Below are positions 14,564-27,673 of a stretch of 64,000 bases of DNA, piece by piece. The stretch spans positions 21,576,001 through 21,640,000 of the forward strand of contig OZ231126.1 in assembly GCA_965153355.1 (NCBI GenBank), read 5' to 3'. Each line of letters opens with the position of its first letter. Positions within the stretch are counted from its first letter, which is position 1. A program made the position numbers and the translations under genes. This DNA comes from Flaccisagitta enflata. Lineage: Eukaryota. Below the pieces are notes generated by a model, which did no database searches, was not told where the DNA came from, and saw only the letters and a program-made list of their open reading frames with translations.

Positions 14564-15503
14564 TACACTTATTTCTTTTTTTAAGAACGTCATTTTTTGG
14601 GCAAGCCTTCAATGTTCTTAAGTTGTGAGTAGTTTCAAAGCTATAATGTTTTTAAATTATCTTTAATTTTATCACAGTTTTTAGTCGCGTGCACGAAACT
14701 CTACACCTTGCTCTGTCAGTCCGTCTGTCCGTCCGTCCGTAACATTTTTAAAATTTTTATAGTTTTTAACATCATTTAACATTTTTTAACTTGTTTTAAC
14801 ATTTTTTAACATTTTTTAACATTTTACCTTTTTTAACCTTTTTTAACCTTTTTGAATTTTTTAAACATTCTTTAGCATTTTTTAACATTTTTTAACATTT
14901 TTAACATTTTTAATATTTTTAACATTTTTTTAAACATTTTTTTAACATTTTTTAACATTTCTTAATATTTCTTAACATTTTTATCATTTTTTAATATTTC
15001 TTAGCATTTTTTTATCATTTTTTAACATATTTTAAGATTCTTTAACAGTCTTTAACATTTTTTAACATTCTTAACATTTAAACATGTTGTTGCTCTTTTG
15101 TTTGTCATTTCCAGACGTATGCGACTGTTGCCCTCTTGGGCTTGTTAACTTTCCATTAAGTACGTTCTTAATTGGTTTGAGTTTGTCGTTTAAGAAAATA
15201 AGGGAAAATGTCAATGAAACAGCAAAGCAGCAGGTTTAGAATTCTTAGTGAATGTAAATAGAGTAAAACATTAAAAAAAAAGGCGAAAAAAATACATGAT
15301 CATGCCCTGGTTCATTATTTTCAATGGAAAAATGAAACGAATATTTTTAGCATGTTCTTAAATTTTCAAAGATTTTAAGCATAACGTTGTTAAATTATTT
15401 GAAAAATGAAGGCTTCCAATATTCTTAGAATGTTTGTAAATTTTTGAGGATTTTAAACCTAACGTTCTTATAAACTTGGTTCTTATAAAAAGAAATAATT
15501 GTA
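14564..15503. mobile_element. MITE family A (reverse) interrupted by a HINE carrying a (TTTTTAACA)n array at ~14677-15148
   Basis: tacactt...aagaacgtcattttttgggcaagcc start and gttcttataaaaagaaa end; nested ttttagtcgcgtgc...cttgtt element. Confidence 0.65.
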
Positions 15504-15619
15504 ACTCGCTATATCTTAACGGACAAAATACGGAAGGAACGAGGAAAATAAGGAACAAAAGAACAAAAGAACAAGGCAACAAAAAAGCGAGGGAAATAAG
15601 AAACGAGGAAAGCAGAAAA

Positions 15620-15635
15620 AGAAAGAAAGAAAAAA

Positions 15636-15697
<62 letters not shown>

Positions 15698-15714
15698 AAA
15701 AAAGAAAAAAAGAA

Positions 15715-15794
<80 letters not shown>

Positions 15795-15798
15795 AGGA

Positions 15799-15852
<54 letters not shown>
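15620..15852. repeat. (AAAG)n microsatellite
   Basis: Direct inspection. Confidence 0.95.
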
Positions 15853-15854
<2 letters not shown>

Positions 15855-16417
15855 CGAAAAAGTGACTTAAGAAAGAAATATATAGAAAGATCGTTTTAAC
15901 ATTAAAAGGAAGAAGCGCTACATTTCATCGTCCTGAAACTAGAAGCGAAAATGTTGTCGGGTAGGCTTGGGTTTTCTGCCTCTAATGCGCCAGCTCTAGA
16001 AATGCGGTTTAGATGGGAGGCTGACGAAGCTTAGCGCCATTACGACTCCTACGTTCTCCGACAGCGAAAGAAGGGGATGGGTGGGAGGGGGTTTGATACA
16101 ACAATGATGATAATACAAGGATCAAAAACTACATAAAAACTAGCACCCAAATAGTCATTGTACAATTAATTAGAAATTTAGCAGATGATTCTTTTGAGCA
16201 GATGATTCTTTTCTTGTGCACTGAATTACCCACAGTCAAATCACTCAACTGCATATCTTATCGTGTGGAAGTGAAACCTTAGCGCCTAGTCCTAACGATG
16301 ACTCACGTTTTCCTCAGCTATCCTTTTGTAAACAAAAACAATCTTACTGCAGAACCCTAACGTCCTCAGTTCAGATAACTCTCTCTTGGTGAAAAGTTTT
16401 TTTTTCTACTTCGGAAA

Positions 16418-19283
16418 ATGCGCCTTCAATTAATCGTCCCATTGGTTTTCTTCTGCGCCTTGGCTTCGAGGTAGGTACTTATTGGTTTGTTTAGTTTAAA
16501 GTGCAATGAAACCCATGAGCGCGAGCACTGTCTCTGCAGAAATTGTTCCTCGATTACCGATCTATACATTAATAGACATTCATATCCAAGAAATATAAAT
16601 AAAACAAACTGAAACGCTTCTTTCTTCTTTGAAGAGTCGATTCCAGAGGCGTTCAAGAGGAAGCGAAGGCGATTCAGAATGAAGAAAAAGTAAGGGGGCG
16701 TCTCGCACGCACCGCAGGTTCGCTATTTTACGTAATTGATGGTAGTCTTTAGAACATAAACGTAAAGTTTTTTTTCCTTTTTCGGCGTTTTTGAGCTTTT
16801 TTAGCTCACTGCTCCTGCCCAAATGCCCTGGTGACCTTTTTAACTGGGGTAGCCGGGCATCCGGCCTTGTTATAATTCAATTTTACCAGGTTCATTGGTA
16901 ACCTTTGGTACAGGTGGATACGGTTGGAACCCAGGACCTCTAGATAGCCTTGGCGCAAGTGCACCAGGAAAGAAGAAGAAACGTATGGAAGGTGAGCTCA
17001 AACTATCTAGAAGATTTGTATTATTTAGGATATGATTTCCCCTGATATCCTGAAAAACTGAAACATTCTTGTTTTGAGATGTGCTAATTGACCTTTAAAG
17101 GCTTTATCAAATCTATGGAGGCAAACTGATGCAATTTTTACAATTTTACTGGGTTAATTGGTATCATTTGGTATAGAATTGTTTTGAAAGAAAATTTAGC
17201 ATTCTAAGAAGTAATCATCAATTATTGCAGATGACGATGGTGCACCTGGTTGGAACCCAGGACCCCTGGATAGTCTTGGCGGAGGAGTCTTAGGGAAGAA
17301 GATGAAACATATGGAAGGTGAGTTCATATCTAGGAGTTAAGTATTATTTAGGGTATAACTTCCCCTATATATCTCAGAAAACAGCAGCATTCTTATTTTG
17401 AGCTGTGCTGAAAGTCCTTCATCATATCTATGGAAACAAACTGAAGCAATTTTTACAATTTAAGTGGGTTAATTGGTATCATTTGGTAAAGAATTATTTT
17501 TATAAAAAATGTAGCATTCTAAGAAGTAATCATCAATTTTTGCAGATGACGACGGTGCACCTGGTTGGAACCCAGGACCCCTGGACAGTCTTGGCGGAGG
17601 AGTCTTAGGAAAGAAGATGAAACATATGAAAGGTGCGTTCATATCTAGGAGTTAAGTGTTATTTAGGATAAAACTTCCCCTTATATCTCAGAAAACTGAA
17701 GCATTCTTATTTTGAGCTGTGCTATTTGACCTTTATCAAATCTATGGAAGCAATTTTTACAATTTTTACAATTTTTACAATTTTTACAATTTTTACAATT
17801 TTTACAATTTAACTGGGTTAATTAGTATCATTTGGTATAGAATTGTTTTGAGAGAAAATTTAGCATTCTAAGAAGTAATCAGCAATTATTGCAGATGACG
17901 ACGGTGCACCTGGTTGGAATCCAGGACCCCTGGATAGTCTTGGCGGAGGAGTCTTAGGGAAGGCGATGAAACATATGGAAGGTGAGTTCATATGACATAT
18001 CTAGGAGTTAAGTATTATTTAGGGTATAACTCCTCCTATATATCTCAGAAAACTAAAGCATTTTTATTTTGAGCTTTGCTGATTGGCCTTCATCATATCT
18101 ATGGAAACAAACTGAAGCAATTTTTACAATTTAAGTGGATTAATTGGTATCATTTGGTAAAGAATTGTTTTGATAAAAAACATAGCATTCTAAGAAGTAA
18201 TCATCAATTATTGCAGATGACAACGGTGCACCTGGTTGGAATCCAGGACCCCTGGATAGTCTTGGCGGAGGAGTCTTAGGAAAGAAGATGAAACATATGA
18301 AAGGTGCGTTCATATCTAGGAGTTAAGTATTATTTAGGGTATAACTTCCGCTTCCCCTTATATCTCAGAAAACTGAAGCATTCTTATTTTGAGCTGTGCT
18401 ATTTGACCTGTATAAAATCTTTGGAAGCAAACTGATGCAATTTTTACAATTTCACTGGGTTAATTGGTACCATTTGGTATAGAATTGATTTGAGAGAAAA
18501 TTTAGCATTCAAAGCAGTAACCATCAATTTTTGCAGATGACGATAGTGCACCTGGTTGGAACCCAGGACCCCTGGATAGTCTTGGCGGAGGAGTCTTAGG
18601 GAAGAAGATGAAACATATGGAAGGTGAGTTCATATCTAGGAGTTAAGTATCATTTAGGGTATAACTTCTCCTATATATCTCAGAAAACTAAAGCATTCTT
18701 ATTTTGAGCCGTGCTGATTGGCCTTCATCATATCTATGGAAACAAACTGAAGCAATTTTTACAATTTAAGTGGGTTAATTGGTATCATTTGGTAAAGAAT
18801 TGTTTTATAAAAAATGTAGCATTCTAAGAAGTAATCATCAATTATTGCAGATGACGATGGTGCACCAGGTTGGAACCCAGGACCCCTGGATAGTCTTGGC
18901 GGAGGAGTCTTAGGGAAGAAGATGAAACATATGAAAGGTGCTTTCATATCTAGGAGTTAAGTATTATTTAGGGTATAACTTCCCCTTATATCTCAGAAAA
19001 CTGAAGCATTCTTATTTTGAGCTTTGCTGATTGGCCTTCATCATATCTATGGAAACAAACTAAAGCTATTTTTACAATTCAACTGGGTCAATTGGTATCA
19101 TTTGATACAGGTTTGTTTTGAAATTTTTTTTGGCATTCTAAGAAGTAATTATGAATTGTTGCAGATGACAACGATGCACCTGGTTGGAACCCAGGACCCC
19201 TGGATAGTCTTGGCGGAGGTGTACTAGGGAAGAAAATGAAACGTATGGGGACGATTTCAGCGAGAGGCTCACACGTCATATAA
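16418..19283 (+). CDS. Secreted multi-copy neuropeptide precursor (pedal peptide/orcokinin-B-like), 10 exons, 292 aa
   Basis: Exons 16418-16470, 16635-16717, 16890-16991, 17231-17317, 17546-17632, 17895-17981, 18217-18303, 18537-18623, 18851-18937, 19165-19283. All introns are GT-AG with compatible phases; 879 nt open through to TAA. Protein: MRLQLIVPLVFFCALASRVDS (signal-peptide-like) RGVQEEAKAIQNEEKVRGRLARTAGSLVTFGTGGYGWNPGPLDSLGASAPGKKKKRME, then 7 copies of DD(D/N)(G/S/D)APGWNPGPLDSLGGGVLGK(K/A)MK(H/R)M, ending GTISARGSHVI*. Gly-Lys-Lys is the classic amidation/cleavage signal. AATAAA lies at 19422. Confidence 0.88.
16890..19250 (+). repeat. Tandem array of ~315-350 bp exon+intron units (8 units) with alternating A/B intron types
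   Basis: Near-identical units of the form ttgcag|ATGACGATGGTGCACCTGGTTGGAACCCAGG...ATGGAAG|gtgagt. The repeat exons start at 17231, 17546, 17895, 18217, 18537, 18851 and 19165; a diverged first unit starts at 16890. Confidence 0.95.
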
Positions 19284-19421
19284 CCAAGACCAACGCAAGG
19301 TTGGCAGGGCAATTTAGGTACATGAGGGACTTGCAATCGGTATCATTGCTATCAAATGTTCGGGGAGGTAAAATTGCTTGAAATTAGGCCGGTAAAAACG
19401 GGCAGATATTCTCTTATCACT

Positions 19422-19427
19422 AATAAA
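19422..19427 (+). promoter_or_regulatory. Putative polyadenylation signal of the neuropeptide precursor gene
   Basis: AATAAA about 140 nt downstream of the TAA stop at 19281-19283. Confidence 0.55.
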
Positions 19428-21056
19428 CGTGTCCACCAAAGGGGGCTTTCGCCCTTTTTTTTCCTGTAACAAATTGTAACAGTTGTTAATTATCAGTTTT
19501 CTTGAGGCCCAATGAGTTGTTTTCGCGACCTTTGATATTCATTGTGGCCTTTTGGTCACATTTGATTGAAATTGTCCCGCTGGAAACCTTAACTATCCGG
19601 ATTTGGACTTTTTTCGCATCTGAAAGTGACAAAGGAAAATAACGCAATTTCGGACAAATTTGAAGGGTATGGCAAATAATATCAATTTCATCCTTTTTTT
19701 AAGTGAGAGAGCGGGCAAATTTGGGTTCGGGTAAGCCCCCATTTCACATGGAAGACAGTAAAAAAAAAATTGCGCGAAAAAATTCGAAGACGGAATAGTT
19801 ATGATGAAATCTTGAATTTCGGACAACTACGGTTTTTCTACATTTTAATTGTCCCACCCGCGTTCACTTAACATAACTGACATATATCTTTCAGAAAAAG
19901 TGTTTACTTTAACAGCAACGACCCTGCACTTGTTGGCCCAAACTAGTAAATTGTTATTGAGATGAATTTGGCTAGGTTCGATCGAGTTTTCACACTCAAA
20001 GGGGAGGAGGTTGAATTTCGGACAACTACGGTTTTTCTACAATTTTCACGCGAACCGCCAAATTCTGTTTTTGTCCACGTCGGTAATGATATCTCGTGAA
20101 CGCCTCAACCGATTCTCATGAAATTTTGTATAGAGACTCACCAAAGCTTAACCTAATACACGCGAATGAATAGAACAAAATATATTCATCTTGTCTAGCC
20201 CAAATGGCCCAGAAATGGCCCAAATTTGGCCCAAAAATGAAAAAAATTGCAACTACTCGGGTGTTTCTCATCTGATTTAGTTGAAACTTTGCGTGGGGTC
20301 TCTCAATGATAAATCTTAATGTGTGCGTTCAATTTTTGAAAATATGAGTAATCAGACCGGCCACTACTGGCCAGTACTGGCCAGAAACTGGCCAAAATTG
20401 GCCCGAAAATGATGAAAAATGGATTTTCTCAGGCAGTCTTTGCGCAACTTTGATCAAAAATGGTGAAAAATCTTAGAAAAATGGAATCTAACAAATGCAC
20501 ACTATTCATAAGGATTTTAGTCATGCAGATCGCCCCAACAGGCCAAGAACGGTTAAAAATTAAGCCAAATATGATAAAAAGTGTAACTGCTTCCGCAATC
20601 TGATTTCGATTTTGATGAAACTTGGTTTGAAGTCTCACAAAGGTCAAACTTATCACTCCATACTTGTTTAAAAAAACTTGAGTAACTCAGACCAAGGAAA
20701 AAAAAACTGTTATTTTGGCTGTTACTGACCAGTAATGAAGTGCAGCACTTGCATGATATGTTTGAAAACGCGATAAAAAATCACAACCAGCCTATGATAT
20801 CAGCGCTAATTATCTTTTTTTGTGAATTCTGACAGATCTCAAATTTTTCCTAAGAAATGATTGTGATGCGCTCGTTAGTACAGGATTATCAACAAAGATA
20901 CAAAATATTTGTATCAACATTCACATAGACGGCGGAGAATTAATCATAACACAGAAGCGACAAGGGGCGATCGAGGCTCTTTACAGAGTTGGCATTTTTT
21001 AGGGGGGGGGGAGAGAAAGCCGGCATCATATTTAAAACTCTCCGGGGACATTATTT

Positions 21057-23969
21057 TCAAAATAGGTACTCCGCAACAAGAGAAGGAAGGTCACTGTCAT
21101 GAATGTCTAAAACAGTATGTTTCTTCCCAGATATGGTGACAGCTTTTTGTTCAAAGGCAAGTGGTGGTGAGCGAACTATGTCTGCGTCGAAAGAAAGTAA
21201 CTTGGCGCCGGTTGAGGTAAAATAAGTTGGGCTTCCCTGAACTTTGGTCAAAATTTTCCCTTTGAGCAGTTCGTTGGTGCGATGTTCCGTGATGAGAATG
21301 AAGTTAAGCTCTTGCCTTTGGCCCCGCGTAATCGCTATGACTGAACCAGGTTGAGCCAAGTCTGCCATCTCATTGCGATGTCGCCCTTGACTCTGTCTAG
21401 TCTTTGAGGCAGCTTTTGCATTGGCAACAGAGCCAGAGGGACGACGTTGAACTTTTACCAGCGTAAGTGGACCCAGATCCTCTGTACGCCGACACTCAAC
21501 GAAATTGCCAAATTCACATGCGGCACAAGAGAAACAGGAGGACTCACGGACAAGAAGCTCACCAGGGACCTTGGTTGTATGCAGTTGATGGAGACCCCGT
21601 GAGCCTACAATCGGGTCCCAATCAGTCTGTGGCGCACTGACGTCAGCAGCTCTCACAACCTCACCATGGAGCGCACTGTAGAAAAACCCTTTGCTGTCCT
21701 CTCGTCCTTTGCGTGTCCTTTGCAGGTCAATGAAGTTGAGAGTCTCAATATGAGCAGCAACATTGGTGATGTTCCGAAGAGGACGGTTGAACCGCTCTTC
21801 TTTGTGCAATTCCGTCTTCCACAGAGCACCATCATGATCATGCTCTCCCTTTCCATGACCTGCGCAGGTAAAGTGAAGAGAAACCTGAGGACAGTTTGGG
21901 CACAGTGGCTCTGCAGTTTGGTGTTGTAGGCACAGATTTCGCCGAGTTTCTGCCAATGATCCGAAGACCTTCCTCGAACAGAACTGTTCCGCGCATTTGT
22001 CAGATCCAAGGATAAGTCGAGAGAATTTGAGACTAAATTGTTCCTGGATCCAGAGGACGATGCGACGAAAACAGAAGGCAGCCATGTGACGATCTTGATC
22101 TGGTCGCTCAGAGAAGAAGCCGAAATAGACTTTAACTTTCTTTAGGTTGCCCGTCTCAGGATCGATAGCAAGAAAATAGGCCACTGTTGTGAAAAGAGTT
22201 ATCAGTTTGCTATGCCAGTGTATCGACTGCACTTCCTCGAACTCCTTCAAGGCATATTTTTCGGCATAGTCGCTGAGAAGGACAAGGGTTTCAGGATCGA
22301 TGTTGATAAGGAGTTTGTCAAATTCTTTCTTTTGGTTTTCGGCAACCCATCGATGCAGAGCAAAACCGCTTAGTTTGTCTTTGAGATGAGACGCGAACTC
22401 CGCCGGCGAAGCTTCTTTCTCTTGAACTCCAAGTCGTCCAGATTCATCTTTTTCAACGGAACGGAATTTGAAAAGAGTTTCTGTGTTCCATTGTTTGGTT
22501 GTTTCATCAATCCGTTTGAGCCCACAGTTTCCACACTTTTCCTTCAGGCATTCCCTCGTTCGCTCATCAGTCGGGCAAAGAAGTGATTCAACGAATTCCA
22601 CATAATGTTCAAATGGAGGCAGGGGAAGGGAGCAGCGTTTGCAGTTGGAGATGGCGTCTTCATATGCGAATTTCACATTGGTGTGTGCCGAGCAAAGACA
22701 GACCTTCAAAATCAAATTTTAAACATTCTCTTAAAAGACTGGCAATTGATGTTTTTGCAGAAATTACTGAGTATGCTTTTGCTCATTTTAATTAATTACA
22801 CACAGCTGATTGCTGGCCGATACTTACTTTTCGATCACTATCCTTTGGTGACACGATCCACTTTGGTCGAAGTGAGGAGAAGAGACCAGTGGAAACATGT
22901 CCGTGCTTCTTGACATACTCCCGATGTAACTTGGTTACGTTGTCTGTCAAGAACCTCCGTTGATGCGTTTCCTTAATGCCATTGTTCTGTGAGAATGAGG
23001 ACTCATTCTTAGCAAACCCTTGAGTCATGGTCACGCGACCATTTACGATACTGCATCCATCAGTGAGTGTCACATCTTAAGTAATGTGCTATGCAACTAC
23101 ACCCCACTTTGTCCGTTTGTAGGTCGGTTGGTCATAATTCTTTTTATTCGCGTGCACGCGACTCTACAACCTGCTTTGTCGGTTGGTCGGGCACACTTCA
23201 CTTTTTTTTTTTATCACTTTTATTTTTTAGGTCATTTTTGGTCATTCTAAGTAATTTTAAGGCATTCTAAGCAATTCTAAGTCATTTCAAGTCACTTAAG
23301 TCATTTTTGGTCATTTTTGGTCATTTTGTCATCTTAAGTCCTTTTTGGTCATTTGAAGTCATTCTAAGTCATTCTCAGGCATTCTAAGTCATTAATAGTC
23401 ATTAATAGTCATTTCAAGTCTGTAAGTCTCGCACGCGACTTAAAGGTGTTGGCCTTGTTTATTTTTTTTTCCCGGTTTTGGCCTCACTGCTCCTGCCCAA
23501 ATCTCATGTTTCTGATCTGTGTAAGCTCAATGGCCGAACATTTTGTAATTATTAAAGCTCACCTGGACATTCACGACGTCTCGTCGTCGAGAAGTAGGCA
23601 TTGAGTTTTCTTCATAAAACTTTCGAATGAGGTCGCGTTTTTCAAAGAACTTCGTCGTTTTTCTTTTCCTACTCAATGCATTGGAGACGGCATTTGAAGT
23701 CGGAGAAATTCCGTTATCGTCGGCAATCGCTTTAGCTTCTTTAATAGCGCGACGTGCATCAGACACCATGTGCTCGCTTATTCCAAAGAGACTGTGTATT
23801 TCTCTTCGGGTAAGCGGATCGGGACCTTCCACCATAGTTTCCGCGATGAGACGTCGAAAGGCGCGCTCTTCTTTTCGCATGGTTCCTTTACCTAACCACA
23901 AGGATTTCCGGAAAAAATCATGTGTCAAGAAATGAGACCACCTTTCACTCGGCTTCTCTGCCTCTGTAC

Positions 23970-24048
<79 letters not shown>

Positions 24049-25746
24049 TTTATTCTCTCTCTCTCTCTGGTTTTATTTTCCCCTTACCCACCCCTTGTCT
24101 TGGACGATGAAGTAATACCACGGTTTTCAGGTGCGCCAGGGCACCTCTGAGGCTTTGTCCGTTGGTCGGTGGGTTGGTCTGTCTGTTGGTTGGTAGGTCT
24201 GTCTGTTGGTTGGTAAAGTATTTGTTGGACGATCCACGTGCGGCACATACTGGCCTTGTTCAATGTTCATTTCAAAAGCTTACCAAGATTCTTATCCAGA
24301 CGCGCTCTCAACTTTGAAATCGCTTTAAGGGCGAGTTGAAATTGCTGCTGCTGCTGCTGGTCTATCCTCATTTCCTCCTCTTCTTTCTTCTTAGTTTGAC
24401 GATGCAAAGCTACTCTTTCGCGCACTCTTTTTCTACCTTCTTCTTCCTCCTCTGCCACACTCTCCTCACTTTTACGAATGTTATCTCTATATTCCCTCTT
24501 CCGGAGTCTCTCTTTCTTCCGCCTTCCATTTCCCCCAATTGCTTCCCTTTCTCTTTTCCTTTTTGGCCCTGGCCGTTTCTTTGGTGTTGAAAGAAACGGC
24601 GCCGATTCGGATGAAGAGGCGCGACTTGAAGAGGGAGAGGAAGCACGAGAGGTTGATGGGGTTGAGAGAGGAGACACGGTCACTGAAGAGCAAGGAGAGG
24701 ATGAACGACGACGTTTTGTTGCAAACGTCGAGAGGGCTGAGTCTGGCTTTGGCGTCACATCATCGGTGGGACGAACTGCGCGATTTTCTGCCTCCTTTGA
24801 CGGAGACATCAACAAGACGCTGCTGTTACGTTTGGTACTCTGTAAAAGAAGGTTGGGAAGAAAGTGTTAACGTTTATAGTCGAGTCGCAACAACGCGACT
24901 CCACCCCGCTGTCGGTTGGTCGGTCTGTCCCCATTTCACTTTTTCAGCGTTTTTTTTTGCTCCTGCCCACCCGCACGCAATTGGGGTAGCCGTGAACACG
25001 GCCATATTATTATCACTGAATATTTTTTAGTCGCGGACACGCAACTCTACCATGCCGTTTCGGTCAGTCTGTTGGTCGGTCCGTAATATTTTTGAATTGC
25101 TGCGATTTTTGTACTATACTACGGCCCCTGCCCAACCGTCCGCGACTATTTTGCTGTTATCCGGCCAATTTCATTTATCCATTTGATTCTTTCAAATTAT
25201 GCTCTACAATTTTTTTCCCGTATTTTCCTCCACCCTTACATTAAGCCTTACGTTTGATTCTCACTCCTTGCTTTGTCCTTGTCTTACCCGAGAAGGCGTT
25301 CTCAAGATGGGTTGGACGCCCAGCTCGTCGGGAATATCCTCGGCGGCGTCAGAATTGTCTTCAGCCCCGATTGGAATTCTGTTGTCGGCGTTGGCAGAAT
25401 TCTCAGTCACTACCCTTGCTTTGAGAAAAGGCAGAGCTAATGACAGTTTCTTAGATTTCTCCTTGCTACGACGGTGTTGCTCGAGACGCTTTTCCTCGGA
25501 TTCGTCAACTCCCTTTTTACGCGGCCTTCCTCTCTCTCTCTTTTCCTCCACATTCCGCCTTTCATTTTCCTCTCTCCACTTGTTCAGTTTCTTCTCCTCC
25601 CCTTCGTCAACTCCTTCCCGCCATTCGGGACCTGGCTTCTTCTTCTCCTCTCCGCTCTTTCGCCTTTCATAGCTTTCTCTCTTCTGCTGTCTCCTTCTCT
25701 CCTCTTTCTCACTCTCACTTAGTGCCCTTGGGCGCCCGGGTGGCAT
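21057..25746 (-). CDS. Sola2-like DDD transposase (possibly domesticated), 5 exons, 1049 aa
   Basis: Exons 25746-25288, 24839-24284, 23891-23563, 22986-22828 and 22703-21057 join in frame with GT-AG introns (3150 nt, ending TGA). Motifs: FSSLRPKW...RKVCLCSAHTN, ECLKEKCGNCG, SDYAEKY...EEVQSIHW, GSDKCAEQF, AGHGKGEHDHDG, GSRGLHQ...SCFSCAAC. From memory these match the Sola2 transposase pattern (DF.ENY..Q.E.QS.HW / SDG..Q / HGKG..DG). The N-terminus is basic and low-complexity with AT-hook-like PGRPR and RGRPRK motifs. Confidence 0.85.
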
Positions 25747-27110
25747 GTCTATCGATCGAGCTAACTGGTGGAAGCTTAATGTTTCACCTAAAATACGGAA
25801 CATATTGGGCGAAGCTATCAATTTAACGAGCAGAGTGGATAACTACTTAACTTTTGAATAACAAATGTGATGATTCAGTAGAGAATAAATCGGTAAATAA
25901 ATCGGTAAATAACTAAGAAGACGCGAGTTTGACTGGTTACTAACGGCGTTGCCCTATGAAATAATGCATCTTAACCATAGAATATGTGTAATACGAAGGA
26001 AAACAAACTGTGCACTATCCAATCAAAAGAGGCAATCCACACTTAGAAATAGAATCTTTTATCGGGTTCTGGCGCAGCAACAACATAACTTGTACGAGAA
26101 TTTGGAAAAACAAGGCCAAGCAAGCCAATAGGCGCGCCGGGCAGATCGTCAAGTTGGCGTGACCCACTAACCAATGGTAACGACCGGATATAGAGGCGCG
26201 TTAGAGTACCTCAAACACAATGGTTTCAATTAAATTGTTTACTAATTAAATTGTTTACATAAACAATGTTGTTCAATGGGACGCGGACAGAAAAATAGAA
26301 TTCCATCTGTAGGTAACAGTTGACAAAAGAGCATTGATATGCGCTGACAAAAGAGCAATGGAATTGTGATTTTAGTGGGTTTTACATTACAAACGCCAAG
26401 ACACATAAGATGTTTAGCTTCACAGTACTAGATTTCAAGAGCAATGGGGAAAATACTGTTCATCTTTAGTCATATTCGAATGGAAAAGACCGCAGAGCTC
26501 AACTTCGGCTGATTTGTATATGATGGTTAATTTGGGCTCTCCCGGTCAAACCGAAGCCCATTAAGGAATACTAATTATGGTTTCCTACCTCTCAAACATT
26601 ATATTATCACCTCAATTAATAAAAAAGTGACATTTCCCACTTCTAAAATTATGAGTTTTGCAGCTGAGGCGGTGAGCCTGTTGCTGAAATCGTCCAAAAA
26701 CGCTAAAAATCCATTTTCTTATAAAATGAAAAGCGCTAAAAATCCATGTTCTTATAAAATGAAAAGCGTGTACAATTTAACAGGCGCAACAACTAATGAC
26801 TTGCAGTTGCGGGGCCGCCTGCTCAGGATAAAAATAGTACAACGCCGTGTTTTCCCACTTCTGGTAGCGAATCTGTCAAGATATGTTTAAGATCGGGTCT
26901 TAATTTACTTTCAGCTTATATTTCAGTAGAGATGTTGGATTGTCTAGACCATGTTAAAAAATCTGTGTATGATGAATTCATTTATTGACTGAATAACTGA
27001 CCGGCTGACTGAAAGCCTTTAGTGCACAAAGAAATTTGAAAGAATCATAAAAACAAAAAATCTGTCTGTCTCTGTCTGTTTCTCCGTCTCAGTCCATTAG
27101 CCAGGCTAGC

Positions 27111-27198
<88 letters not shown>

Positions 27199-27633
27199 AC
27201 GTGCGCGTACATGGATACATGGACGGATGCACTCAAGCATGTAAGCGCAATCGCAAGCTCTTTCTCTCCTTCAAATCATTGCGATTTAATGTTAACATTT
27301 TTCGGAGAAATTTCTCAACATAGATGGAGATATGTAACAACACCTGCGTCTTAGCACTGGACTATGACCAGCTCAATCGCTTCTAACGAAAAAGGCAGCT
27401 TTACAAAAAGTGCGAAGATTCTAATTGTGCGAGATTCTAATTGTCGTCCAAACGCTGCCAAATGAGAAAATGTTTCATAAACATTCAAAGGTCGGATTTT
27501 TAAGGTTTCAGGTTAGGGTGGTCGGATATATGAGACAAAATAAGTCACAATACTTTCTTTTCTTTCTTGGTACATTAAGGGAAGAAGACCTATGCGGCTG
27601 TGCAATTGACAGTGTAAACACACGCACGCAATC

Positions 27634-27673
<40 letters not shown>

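Noticed and set aside
17240-17253. APGWamide neuropeptide
   Set aside because: APGW is followed by NPG, not by G-K/R, so APGWamide would not be released.
16890-19250. CRISPR-like array or non-coding satellite
   Set aside because: There are no unique spacers, the context is eukaryotic, and the units are fully explained as exon+intron duplications.
19590-20900. Candidate terminal inverted repeat of the Sola element
   Set aside because: The sequence looks transposon-like and has an internal direct repeat, but I found no reverse-complement partner upstream of the gene by eye.
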